Source: Camelus ferus
Taxonomy: Eukaryota
Direction of reading: 5' to 3'
Assembly (NCBI RefSeq): GCF_009834535.1
Contig: NC_045697.1
Coordinates: 37,574,001-37,638,000 of the forward strand
Length of the DNA stretch: 64,000 nucleotides
The position numbers were made by a program, and so were the translations under genes. The notes beneath the pieces were generated by a model. It ran no database searches. It was not told the origin of the DNA and was given only the letters and a program-made list of their open reading frames with translations. Of this stretch, positions 37,000 to 48,939 are shown one piece after another; position 1 is the stretch's first letter; every line of letters starts with the position of its first letter.

Positions 37000-37800
37000 A
37001 ATGAAGCGTCTGTCCTGTTAACGAATAGGGACACAACTCAGGGAAGCAAGCCATCCAAATGCATCACTTGAATCCTGTTTGGCTGTTCTGACGTCGAAGA
37101 AGATAAGACAAAGAATCAACCGGGGAAACGTAAGACACGGAACTACAAAAATAAACCTGTCATCCCCGACATCTGTGTTTATAAATGCGCTATGTTCCGC
37201 GGCAGAGAGGTCCCCGCGGCCGGCCAATGCTTCGATGGCATCTTGCATGTTTTATTTTTCCCAGTACCCACATCAGAAGGGCTTTTCTTACTGTCTCTTT
37301 GCTTCCAGCTTTTGTTTTGGTCTGTCCATAAAAAGCTGGCAGAGAAATAGCTGGGCAATTTGAGAAACATGGCTTAGAACCAGCCGGCTCCACTCTGGCT
37401 ACAAAAAGTGAGCCCGTGCTAGTTGTTCTTTAATGACGAAGTAGTCGGTCCACTCCCCCACCCCTCACCCAGGTGGAGATTTTCCCTATCACTAACCCCA
37501 GGGCAGGTTTGAATCAAAAAGGTGACACACGCAGGAGCCAGATGTTTGGAGGGTGAGACGGGGAGCTAAGTTCACACAATTGTTCTGCCCCCTTGCTTTC
37601 CGCTGAGGTTCTTTCCTGTGGGCTGCAGGACACATCAGCAGGCCCTGGGCATGGCCGGCGGCGGACAGCCCGGCCGGCTGCAGTGGGAGCCTGCTAGCAG
37701 GCTGCCTTCCTTTTCCGGTGCAGCTGGTGTTTGCAGAGGGACATGATTTGAAAGTTGATTTATTTACCCTGTCTTTTTTTTTTCTTTTTAATGAATGGAT
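37000..37800. promoter_or_regulatory. Candidate regulatory element with retained CpGs
   Basis: Unique sequence with clustered CpGs (ccgcgg twice, cggccg, ggccggcggcgg), TGACGTC ~37089, TGTTTAT ~37176, GGCCAAT ~37221, TGATTTAT ~37756. Confidence 0.35.
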
Positions 37801-38562
37801 GTAGATATCTCTTTGTTGAAGCAATTAATAAACTCTAGTGATATGATAAGAATTTAACAGAAAAACATCCTTGGCTGGCAGGTGGAAATCTAAGGACTTG
37901 GATGTTTGGAATGTTCATAATGTTACTCAGAGTGAGATCAGAGGATTTTGTTTCTTTTGGTCTTGTTTTTAAGAAAACAGAGGGTCACTTTCGCTTGTGG
38001 AAGCCAGTGGGCTCCAGTTCTTGAGTCTTCATTTTGTCCTCATTGTCTGAGGAGACTCTGAAGATGTTGACACAGCACCCCAACTATGGAGAGGCAGAGA
38101 ATGTGCCAGAAAGGTCCTCCTCCTCTTGGGATGGTTCCTCCTCCCAAGTCTCTGCAAAAGTCAAGGGATCTGAGACCAAGAGATATATTCTGACTGCTGT
38201 GAAAGGGGGCTAGGTCAGAGGGATGTGCTTTCTTCCTTTAAAAAATGTATTCTTTATTTTGAGTGGTCATATGATCAGTCTGGAGAAATAGGAATCATAT
38301 TTAAAACCCTACAATTTTAAATAACAGGAAGTTTAGGGTGGATAGAAGAGAAAGGGAAGGGTGGATTCTGTTTAAAAGAATTCTGTGTGGAACTGACAGT
38401 TGAGCAGAGGAACCCTTTGAATGCAGTCTTGCAAAACTAAAATCCATATGTTCCTTTCCCTGCCTTTGTAAGTAAGACTCAAATTTATTGGCCATAAATA
38501 TATCATTTTTGCTAGTTGAGGATCTCTAGGGGAAAGATAACACCAGTATTCAGGATACAATA

Positions 38563-39572
38563 CAGTTGACCCTTGAGCAACGCTGGGGTTAGGGGCACCA
38601 ACCTCCCCCCCATGCAACTGAAAAAACATGTAGCTTTTGACTCCCCCAAAACAACTACTAATAGCCTATTATTGACCAGAACCTTACTGATAACATAAAT
38701 AGTGGATCAACACAAACTTTGTATATGTATTATCAACTGAATTCTTACAGTACAATAAGTTAGAGAAAGAAAATGTTATTAAGAAAATCATAAGGAAGAG
38801 AAATACACTTGCAGTGTATTCTACATTTACTGATACTGTAAATTTCTATATACATCATCTGTTTACAAACAAGATGGATCGTCTGTCAGTACCTACATCA
38901 ATATCGTCTTATATGATACAAAACACTGTAGATGTTATAGTATTACTCACACTAGACATCAAAAATGAAAATACGACATAGAAAAGAAATTCAGGTATAA
39001 TGTATACAGGTATAACGATTCATGAATTGATAACAAAGAAGCATCAATAGGCTTACTTTATGGTTGCCTAGTGTAATTGATATAATTGCTTCACAGGAGC
39101 CTGTACACCAATGAATGAATCATCATAAAATGCTTATGGCATACAGTATCGCAGTCATATTTGTAATACAGTATTGGGAACATTGTTACATTTTTTTAAA
39201 AAAAACACTTATCTGTGATGATAAGTTGATAGGCAGTTTCTCCAATTACCAGAGAGAGCGGCACACTGCATGGTAATGTAATTCTTTGAAAGTAAAGTTA
39301 GAAAATAGTAAGAAAATGAACTTATTACTAATTTTACATGTAAAGTTACTTTACACACGTAAAGTTAGACTAGTATCTAAATATATTTTATGCATTCATG
39401 ATATACTTAACTTTTTCTTAATATTTTTGATATTTCTTTGGTATACAGTTCATCTGTGAGTCTTTTCAAACTATCACAAATCTCCAAAAATTTTTCTAAT
39501 GCATTTATTGAAATAAATCCATGTATAAGTGGATTTGCACAGTCCAAACCAGTGTTGTGCAAGGGTCAGCTG
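38563..39572 (-). mobile_element. Tigger2-family TcMar non-autonomous DNA transposon (~1 kb)
   Basis: TIRs 'cagttgacccttgagcaac' and 'gttgtgcaagggtcagctg', each flanked by a TA TSD (38561-62, 39573-74); internal sequence resembles Tigger2a/b. Confidence 0.9.
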
Positions 39573-39792
39573 TACAAGGGAGGTGAAGGTGGAAAGAGAA
39601 AAGATTTTGGAATGGAGCCGACCTGGATGTTAATACCAGCTATAATAGCTGTTAACTTAAGTAAGTTATTGGACCTCCCTCTCAGAACCTTGGTTTTCCT
39701 TTATGTAAAATAGAAACACATACCTTAAAGAGTGGTTGTGAGAATTTGTTAAAAAAAAAAGGAGAGTCAGACACTGTAGACATCCAATCCTA

Positions 39793-40200
39793 CTGTGGTA
39801 ATGCCACATAACAAACAATCCCCAATCTTCCATGACTTGAAACAGTGAACACCTGCTTCACATGCATGGTTCTGCTCAGGGGATTTGCCCGTACTCAGAA
39901 ATGCTTGCCTGAACTTAACTGGACTCTGGGTCAGGTTCCAGTCTGCTCCACATGTCTTGGTTTCAGGTCAAAAAGCAACAATTACTTGGGAACATGTTCC
40001 TCTCATGGTGGAGGAAGGAACCTCCAGAGGGATGGCAGAAACTGACCATGCTTCTTCTAGGCTCAGCTTGTAACTGGCACATTGTTATTTCTACCTACAT
40101 TCTAATGGCCAAAACATGGCATGGCCAAGGCCAAAGTCAATGAAGCAGGAAAAATACTTCACCACAGTGAACCGCAGGGAAGGAAGAATTGCATTCAAAA
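39793..40200 (-). mobile_element. MaLR LTR (MLT1K/L-like)
   Basis: 'ataacaaacaatccccaatcttccatgacttgaaacag...ggttccagtctgctccacatgtc...cattctaatggccaaaac'. Confidence 0.65.
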
Positions 40201-40519
40201 TATATAGACATGCATTACAGTACCAGGCACCTAGAAGGTGCACATAATTGGGAGTTATTATACTTACTATTATATAATATATTAATAATATAAGTATGAT
40301 ATTATTGTCATATATTGATATATAATGTACAATAATATATTATTAGTTACACATATGAAAGGTATGGCACTGAATTCACAATGATTTTTTTTAAAAAACC
40401 TAAAAAGTAATGTTTTTAAAAAACACTCACTTTAAAAGTCAATCATTTCATTATCTTGTCATTGATATACCTAATCAGGACTGGCATATACCAGTTCCTG
40501 TAAGAATCTGAAAAAGTGT

Positions 40520-41525
40520 CCCTTTAAGCACGTGCTTCCCCCAGGCCAACAGCATGGCAGGTGCTTACCAAAATGAAGCCCTTGCGTGGGGGCAAACACA
40601 GCTCTGCACGCGAGCATGAGCTGAACGCCTTGGAGAGCTGGCCGGGAGCCGCCCCCTCCGCCGGCACGTGGCGCAGTGCGGGACCTGCACACCATATGCA
40701 GCGGCGCTGCTCGGGGGGGTGGAAGGCGCCCGGAGTCTCACCCTCTATCGGGTTCTGGTTCATTGCCACCACTGCTAGAAGCAATTTCCTGGGAGCTTTG
40801 ATTACAGCATCCTTTCTGCCTTTCAAGTTGTGGACTGGAAAGTGGGAGCTCTGAGAACAGCGTGACACTTACTTCCCAGAACTCCTGAAGCTTTTCATGT
40901 CTGAACCCAGACCCAGGTGATGTGGCAGCTTCTAGGCAGCTCTAAGTCCTGGAAGCTGGGATCACAGAGAAACGTAGAGACACAACTTAATTTCTTTCAT
41001 CCTGACTGACAGGATAAGGACAGAAGGGAAGAGGAGCGAAATCTAAAGAAGCTTTATAGGCGCTGACATTCTAAGCTTGCGGAGAGATAAGCAGCTCGTG
41101 GGGAGTGGGGGTGCGAGGCAGCACACACGGGGGAGGGGGAGGGGGGAGCCTGAGAGAGGCCCCCGGGCAGGGTGCGGGTGGGAGACCCTTCTGCCTACAC
41201 TGAACAACCAACGTGAGGAGAACAGATGTGGAATTCACTCCTGAATTGCTTATTTGGAAAATTAATTAGTAAGTGCTTGGCCAACAATGGTTCCCCTGAA
41301 TGGAATATAAATTTCCCCCAAAGTTATTTAGAACCTAAACATGGAGAGAAGAGGATGAAGGGGGAGAGAGACAGACAGAGACAGAGGAGGGGGAGAGAGA
41401 GAGAGGAACAGGAACGGAGGGGAGGGAAGACGGAAACCACGTGCTTTGTCCCCCCTCCCCCACCCTACCCCGTGGAGCACAGGGCCTGGTGCTAATAATA
41501 ACGGCACAAGAGTGAGAGAGAAGAG
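40520..41525. promoter_or_regulatory. CpG-rich promoter/enhancer-like segment
   Basis: Dense CpGs at 40525-40755; CACGTG at 40529, 40665 and 41438; GC box gccgccccc ~40648; G4 motif 41165-41182; donor GAG|GTAAGA at 41525/41526. Confidence 0.5.
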
Positions 41526-41716
41526 GTAAGACCTGGCAACATCAACCTCTGTGATTTTACTAAAAGCACTGCCCAGAGACTGGAGTGGACCGTCTAAAGT
41601 TCCCACCAGCTTGTTAGCTACCTTATTTGGCGAACTACCACCTACTCATCCATCCTTGCCCTACTTCCTCCTTGTCCTTCTAGACCTTGTTCTTTCTCCC
41701 TCTTTCCCTCCTGCAG

Positions 41717-41790
41717 GCAGAGCAAAGGAAAGCATCTCTGGCTCCCTGGCTTGAAGGCTCTGTCTCTTAGGTTTTCCTGTTTCCTCGCTG
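41717..41790 (+). other. Candidate non-coding exon 2
   Basis: Acceptor 'cttgttctttctccctctttccctcctgcag|' ends at 41716; donor CTG|GTAAGA at 41790/41791; no ATG. Confidence 0.35.
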
Positions 41791-42420
41791 GTAAGAGTCT
41801 GTTAGACACTTCCTCTGAGGTTTATTTGCAGCCTGACCTGTGAATCTCTGAGATCGTCTCTCTCATGGTTTCTCACTGCAGTGACACCATGAGGCCCCCA
41901 CCTTAGCCAGGCCTGGGGAACAACCGCTCAGCTGGAGATCTTAGCTACTGGGCTGTTCTCTCCTGCGCAGTGGAGGTGGAGCCTCCTGAAGAGGGCAGGG
42001 CACTGAAGGATGCTCCCTGAGTGAAGGCTCCCTGGACACTGGCCAGAATCAAAGTCCATGAGTATCGCCACTGGGCAACCCAACCTCCTTGCCAGACCCT
42101 TTCCAGATCCATCGAGAACCCAGCTGCTGGTGCAGGGATTCAGCATTCTGGGGATGGCATGTTTATTTCAAAACAATCATGAGGCTTGATTTGATGTAGT
42201 GAAAGAAATTAGTGCTTGCTGAATATGGCCCAATTATTACTGCATTAATTCATACAGATTAGCAGCTGACATTGGCTGGAAGGCAAGCATCAGGATATTT
42301 CAATACGTTTGGCTGAAGAAAGCCGCCTCTCCGGGGCTGCAGAGCCACCCCTCCCCAACCCCCAAGCTCAAGATGACGATTCCATATTTAGAATGCCTTT
42401 CACATCAAGGGCGCATGATT

Positions 42421-42483
42421 TTTTTTTTAATTGAAGTATAGTCAGTTTACAATGTTGTGTTAGCTGGAAATGGGCAAATTAAA
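42421..42483 (-). mobile_element. Ultra-short L1 3' end insertion
   Basis: Poly-T then 'aattgaagtatagtcagtttacaatgttgtgttag'; flanked by gcatgatt (42413-42420 and 42484-42491). Confidence 0.7.
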
Positions 42484-42734
42484 GCATGATTGGGAGATGC
42501 CCCAAAAGTCAGTCATCAAACTGACACCCTTTGAGACCTGCTTTCTCCCAAGCCCACTGTTAAAGGACTTTTCAAAGGTGGAAGAAATTGTAACCTGCTC
42601 CCAAGGAAAGGTTGCAAGACATCTCCTCATGGATTGTTAAACTAAGTATGTGTATCTACACCTTGTGTAAGCAGTTAAGTATGTTCTTAGCTTAAAAATG
42701 GCTTAAACAAGTAAAGGATTCTTTGCTAAGTATT

Positions 42735-42860
42735 ATGTGTCCGGTTATATCTCCCTCCCCCAAATAATATATTGAAGCCCTGACTCCTAATAAAGCAGAA
42801 TGTCGCTATATTTGGAGATAGGGCTTTTATAGATGGGATTAAATTAAAAGGAATCCCTCA
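42735..42860 (+). mobile_element. MLT1 LTR 5' fragment
   Basis: 'ccccaaataatatattgaagccctgactcct...atatttggagatagggctttt'. Confidence 0.7.
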
Positions 42861-42877
42861 GGAGGGGTTCTTATGAT

Positions 42878-43290
42878 AAGTCAGCGTTCTCCAGGGAATC
42901 AGAACCAACAGGACTAGGAATAGATATATATGCCTATACACATATGCATATATCACATACATACATACACATACATACATACATATGAAGAGATTTATTA
43001 TTAGAAATTGCCTTGCGTGATTATGGAAGCTGGCAGGTCTCAAGATCTGCATGGCTGAGTCAGCAAGTTGCAGACCCTGGAGAGCAGATGGTTTAGTTCC
43101 GGTCTGATCTGAGGGCCCAAGAACCAGGAGAGCTGATGGTATAGCTCCAACCAAAGGCCGGCAGCCTCGAGGGTCAGGAAGAGCTGATGTTTTGGGTGCA
43201 GTCTGAAGGCAGGAAGAAAGCCAGTGTCCTAGTTCAAAGAAGGTAGTCAGGCAGGAAGAATTCTTATTCCCAAGAGGCCAGCCTTTGCAG
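42878..43290 (-). mobile_element. MLT2 LTR fragment with internal (TACA)n tract
   Basis: 'gtcagcgttctccagggaatcagaaccaacagga...gagatttattattagaaattgccttgcgtgattatggaagctggcaggtctcaagatctgca'. Confidence 0.85.
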
Positions 43291-43909
43291 GTTCCAGGCT
43301 CATTCTTTGCAGGTCCATCATCCATTTCCAAACAGACTCAACTTCATGCCATGCTTACTACCTCAAAGCCCTCCCGTCTTTCATTCTTTCATTCATGCAC
43401 AAAAGATTATTCTCAATGCTTGGCATGCATGAGCTCATTTAAGTGCTGGAGTAGAATGGTGAAAAAAACAGGAAGCCTCTGCTTTTACATAATCTACAGA
43501 TTAGAGGAGAGAAAAGATTCATGTTATTACAATGAAGTGTCATCAGGCTTCCAAGAGGGAAGCTATTGGGAGATACAGGAATGGACAGCAGAGAAATCAA
43601 ACCTATTATCTGCTTACCAGAGCCCTTCCCATTCTGCAAGGCCTGAGTCAAATGCCAGCCCTTCACCAGCTGGCATTTGCCCACACCTGTCAGAATTAAC
43701 TGTGCCTTCGTGTGCTGCCATACTTAGTAATATTAAGGAGCATTTACCTGGTGCTAGGTTTTGAGCTAAATACTTTAGATTTAGATACATTATATCATTG
43801 AACCTTTACGACAATCCCATTAAGGGGTGCCATCTTCCCTCAATTATTGACAAAGAAGCTGAAACTCAGAGACTCGTGGGAGCAGACATTGTCACCAATA
43901 CTTCTCGCT

Positions 43910-44255
43910 TCCTGGAATCCTCTTCCTCCAGATTGTCACCTGTCTGCCTCCTTCCTTAGGTCTCGGTTCAAATGTCACCTCCTCCAGGAAGCTGCCTTGA
44001 CCACTCATTCATAAAGAGCTACCACTCTGAGTCACTCTTGTACATCAGTCTATTTTTCCATAGCCCCATCACTCTCTGAAGTTACACTTTTATCTGTGTG
44101 TTCTCATGCTTATTGTCTGTCTTCCTCCATCAGAACGTGTAAGACCTATGAGGGTGAGAAAGGTTACATCTCTAAGCTGGGCCACTCTGGATCCTTGGCA
44201 CTTAGAAGGATGCCTGGCACACAGCAGGCCTTCAATTAATGTTCTTTGGATGAAA
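43910..44255 (+). mobile_element. L2 3' end
   Basis: 'aggtctcggttcaaatgtcacctcctccaggaagc...tgcctggcacacagcaggccttcaattaatgtt'. Confidence 0.8.
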
Positions 44256-44699
44256 TCATGACTATACACAGAGTCACATAGCTAGTAAGTGACAGAGTTG
44301 AAATTTAAATATACATGTGTCTTTCTCCAAAGTCCAAGATTTAGTGCCTTTTCTAGACTTCACACTACCCATCTTGCTTTCAGGTTTGTTATTTACTTTT
44401 GTCTCTACTTCACAGTCCTGAGGGCAATGCCATGTCCTCTCAGAGCTCCTGTCAGGACGCTGCCTTGCTCCCCAAACACTCAGACCATGTTTGCTGAGAT
44501 GACTAAGTTTCCATGACAACGCCAGAGGGGGAGAAGGGCTCTGAGGCCCTGTATGTTTGTCCTCTTCCCTCCACTCAGGTTAGCATCGCAGACTGGGAAG
44601 GGGTCCTCCTCAGCCCGACTCAGGCCCCAAGTGTCGTTTGCAACCTTGGAAGGACTCACCGCCCCGGTTCTGAGCATGCAACTCTACGCGAGTGTGGCC

Positions 44700-45018
44700 G
44701 GGACTTCCCCTGAGGGACCCACGTACAGTGGGCGGAGTCTTCAACCCAGCCCCCAATTCGAGGAGTAAGTATAGGCCAAGTCCTCGAGTTTTTTTAGAAG
44801 ATGCTGGTCCTTCTGACAAGGAAACTTGCTTGGTCCCTGTTCCTGCGAGCAGGATTCTTCTTGACCAACGAGAGAGGATGGGCATTTCAGAGGGCGGTTG
44901 GCCACCCTCTCACACGGGGAATGGATGTAGTGCAGCAAAAGGGCTTTCCTCCTGAACCTGCCTGGGATTTTCCCATTTTCCCCTTAGCTAAAAAGCCAGT
45001 GGAACTCTGGGAAACTCC
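44700..45018. promoter_or_regulatory. Cluster of NF-kB consensus sites
   Basis: GGGACTTCCC 44700-44709, GGGATTTTCC 44964-44973 and GGGAAACTCC 45009-45018 fit GGGRNWYYCC; AGGGCTTTCC 44940-44949 has one mismatch. Confidence 0.4.
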
Positions 45019-45507
45019 CCATTCCGTCCCCTTTATCTGTGCCTGTGGAGGAGAGCTATGGATGAAGCCTTTCTTTGGGACTTGCAAATAATTCACTCTG
45101 TCTTCGTCAGAAAACCCCGAGTAAAGAAAGCAAACTCAGCTCCTGTCTGAGACAGAGCCAAGCTGGCCACCCTGAAGCCAAGCGCCCTCCTGGAGCCACA
45201 CCGAGAGGATGCTCTCGCCTCCTCCTCCGGGGGTCCAGCCCCAGCTGCAAGAGCCGCCCCTCCTTCCTGGTGCCTGCCGTGTTGCACGGGGATTTGGAAA
45301 AAGCTCCACTTTCCTGGATTGATAGAGAAGGCAGCTGCCTAAAGGGCATGACTTGACAGCAGCTAGACATGACTTCCTCCCTCAAAATAGCTCACTCTTG
45401 CCTGAATTTCCTCCATTAATGTCATCCCCTTGAGTCTCACAGAACTGGCCTTTAAGAGGATGCTACAGAAATGCAAACTCCCCTTGAAAGGCCAATAATC
45501 CACTAGG

Positions 45508-45622
45508 CAGGGGCCAGCAAACTTTTTCTGAAAAGGGCCAGATGGTATTCCAGGAAACTCTATTTACCAAACCTGTGACAAGCGAGACTGGGCCCGTGGG
45601 CCATGATTTGTCAGCCCAGCAC
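45508..45622. mobile_element. MER58-type hAT MITE, internally deleted
   Basis: 'caggggccagcaaactttttctgaaaagggccagatggta...actctatttaccaaa...ggcccgtgggccatgatttgtcagccc'. Confidence 0.75.
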
Positions 45623-46434
45623 CAGGCTGTAAGTCAGGGACATTTCCTTCCCATCTCTCTGTCCCCTGGTGCCTCTCTCCCTCTCAGCTGAGGCACCCAG
45701 TGAAGAGATGCTGCAAACATGTTGAGTGTTGAAGCACTTATCAGCCAGCCACATTTCAGGAGAAGCTGTTTGATAGCCAGCATTTCCAGAAAGAGCCTCG
45801 ATACAGCAGAGAATATTCAGAGGCTAAGAACTGAGGAGGATAGGGCACTAAAATCAAGTTTGTCAGCTTAGCAGTTTTAACTAAACAGACCCATTGGTTA
45901 TAGTCATAAATCCCCAAATGCTATAACTGGCTGAGATCATCACATTCCCCATCTGGAGACCAGCAGTAAGTAAACACTGGGAGCAATGGAGAAAAATAAG
46001 AAACGCTGGGCACCGTCATGCTTTCCAGTGTTGGCCCTTGTGTTACATCCCTGCGCTCAGGAACGGCGTTCGTTCTCGACATTCCAGAGACTGAGCCAGT
46101 TCCACTGTTCTGGCTCAGATGAACCACGAAAGCCCTTTGGTAATGGGTGAGCTGTTCTACAAAGCCAGTCCTGCAGTGCAGTGTTCCATGCTTTTCTTTT
46201 CTTCCTCACAACAGTCACATCCCTGTGGCTGTCATGGAATCCAAGATCTGCCTGTCAGTTTCCTTCACTATGGTGGATGTCATGATGGTGAATCTGAGCA
46301 ATGATTTTAAGAGATGATAATTACTGTCTCCTTCACTTATCTGTTTTCTAGGCTACCATCTTGGTTTAGTAAAGGGCAGAGCGTGAAGGCCTGAGTTGTG
46401 AGTACTCTTTGCAATTCCAGACCTTTGGGGACCT

Positions 46435-46775
46435 TGTGCCAGTCACGATAGATAAGGTTCTGCTGCAATAACAAACAATCCTCAAATTTCAATTTTTTAA
46501 TACAACCCAAGTCTATTTCTTGTTCCTCAAGAAATAGGCAAGCTCTACTCATCAGCCATTCAAGGACCCAGATAATCCTGCCTCCATCATGATACGTGTC
46601 TTCTTGGTCATCTCATCAGGGGAAAGGGACATGACATAGTATGACTTGGCTTCTATGGCCTCTGCCCGGAAGTGTCATATCTGCTCACATTTCATTGACC
46701 AAGCAAGTCGCATGCTACATAGTACTTCTGGGGGGTGGGGGACAGGGCAGGTAAGTGCAATCCTACCCTGTGCCA
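46435..46775 (-). mobile_element. MaLR LTR (MLT1K-like)
   Basis: 'ccagtcacgatagataaggttctgctgcaataacaaacaatcctcaaa...tctgctcacatttcattgaccaagcaagtc'. Confidence 0.7.
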
Positions 46776-47389
46776 GAAGGATGACTCAGTGGTGCACTGG
46801 CCTCATGACTACTATAAGACCTGAGTGACGGCTCAGGGGCATCTGCTCACATGAAGAGTCAGATATCCTCATGGGAGAGACACACCCCTAGAAGGTGAGT
46901 GCTGATATTGAGGGGAAGATTCTGAAGGCCCCAGGAACGGGAGTTAATCTGAATATTCCAGATGTGGAGCAGATGACAATAACACTCATTAAGGAAAGGC
47001 AATCGCTGAGGGCCAAGTGGAAGTGGCTGTGAGCTGGAGCAGGTATTAAGGAGAAGTGAGGGCTCCTCAGTGGAAGGACAGTCAGACTGCCTTCTTCCAG
47101 GAAAAAGCAGCTTTTTAAAAATATCTGAGATAACTGTAATGTGGTTATCCCTTGATTCAATATAAAACCAAGGGTTAAGCACAGAAAGGTACCTCTGAGA
47201 GCAGTTAAGACTATTGATGTGGAAAAGAGTGACACATTCTGATGGAGAGTACAATGGAGGGATGTGGAAGATGCTGGTGTATCTGCCCCAACCTGGCTTA
47301 CGAGGAATGCTCTCTAGGCACCACAGTAGCCCCAATGCCCGAGACAGAAAAACAAAAACAAAACAAACAAACAAAACCCTAAAAAAAAC

Positions 47390-47505
47390 AGGCCTTAGAG
47401 CAAGGCTAGCACAGTTGCACAGGTTGGGCACTGCACTTCTTGAGTTGTGGTCAGTCACACTGATTTATGTGAATGGTGCACCCAGGAGCTAGCAGTGAAT
47501 AACAG
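47390..47505. mobile_element. MER91-like palindromic hAT MITE
   Basis: 'cagttgcacaggttgggcactgcac...tcacactgatttatgtgaatggtgcacccaggagctagcagtgaataac'. Confidence 0.65.
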
Positions 47506-48939
47506 GAAGAGTCCTGGGTGGTAGCCTCTTCTCCACACCTTCTTTAAGGCAAGATTTTGGACTCTTGCTCTTCATCTCCCACAACTCCTGGCCGCATTAG
47601 TATGGTTTCCTGTTGCTGGCCTTCCCCTCATCTTTTGAATCTGACAGCAGAGCCAGGCTTTCTAGTTTCAATAACTGGAGCTCACCAGTGCCTCCCTTAC
47701 ATATTACCCAAGAGTGAAGTCACAAAGGGTGAATTCAAGGCCACGCAAAGCAAGTCAGCCTAGAGGAGAGAGTCAGAGGAAGACTACTGTTTGCAGGCAG
47801 GTTGGCATCCACACAGAACACCCCAAACCAAAATCAGGGACTAGGATGAGACTGGGATTCCCATGAACAGAGGAAGCAGGGAATTACATTTTTGTTCCCG
47901 TTACTGTCATCCTCCTGGTCTGCTAAGACTGGCCTGACCTAGAACACTTGTGACAGATGTAGGCTCAGTGCTGACCCAATTCTCAGTGTAAAATAGGTCT
48001 TCATTAAATGCTTGTTGAAAAAAAAAAATCATGAACATGTATATTTAAAGAACAGTTCAACTTCCTTCTTTCTGTAGTCATAAGAATGATGAGAATTTGA
48101 CCACCAGACAAGCTACTGAAATGTGAAAAAGTCAACCAACCAAAGTGGAGGGAGAGGAGGTGAGTCTTTGCTTACAGGAAACCAAGGGGCCATGTAGAAT
48201 TGGACTGATGCTTGGAGAATGTGTCTTCTAGACACACTCTCCCTTGTGACTTTCTCCTTATAATTTCAGACCTAAAATGTTCAGCGGTAGAGTGAGTTTC
48301 AGCTCTTTAGATGCTTGTAAAACTACTGGGTAGGGTTATTACTGGATCTGGTACTGGCACGAAACACTGAAAGTATTACCACCTTGAAAACTAACATTAA
48401 ATATAAACAGTGTTGCCATAACAATACTAAACAAATAGGAAAATTGCTTAAGTCCTTGGTCCTTTTGAGGGAAAGCAATGCATTTACATACCTCTTCTTA
48501 GAGAGAGCATAAATATAGGTGATAATTGACTGTGCATGGCTGTGGAATATCCATATTTCATGAAATCATGAGGCTCAGGAAAATAAATACTGAGGTTGAA
48601 ACCAAGTCAACTTCAGGCAAACATTTGCCTCCAAAGGCACATGTGACCTCCTCCCTGTTGCCTTTCTTCCTGACAGAGACACGTGCTGAAGTGTAGGCAC
48701 GGTGACAACTTGACTCACCATCAATATGGCTCTTGGCCCATAAATATCTGTCCTCAAATAAACAGAAAACCCTACCTAGAAATAAAGAAGAAAGGGTGGA
48801 AGAGGGGGAAGGACAGGACGGAGAGCAGATCTGACTTGATTTTTGGGACATTGTCATCCATCCAATGGCTTATTCTCTGCCAAGATGTATATTGGTCATC
48901 ATGAAACCCATGCTTAACAAAGATTTCCAACATCAAATT

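Noticed and set aside
46859..47458. Longest ORF (199 aa, minus strand)
   Set aside because: It overlaps a MER91-like MITE and an A-rich tract, has no recognisable domain and no supporting gene structure.
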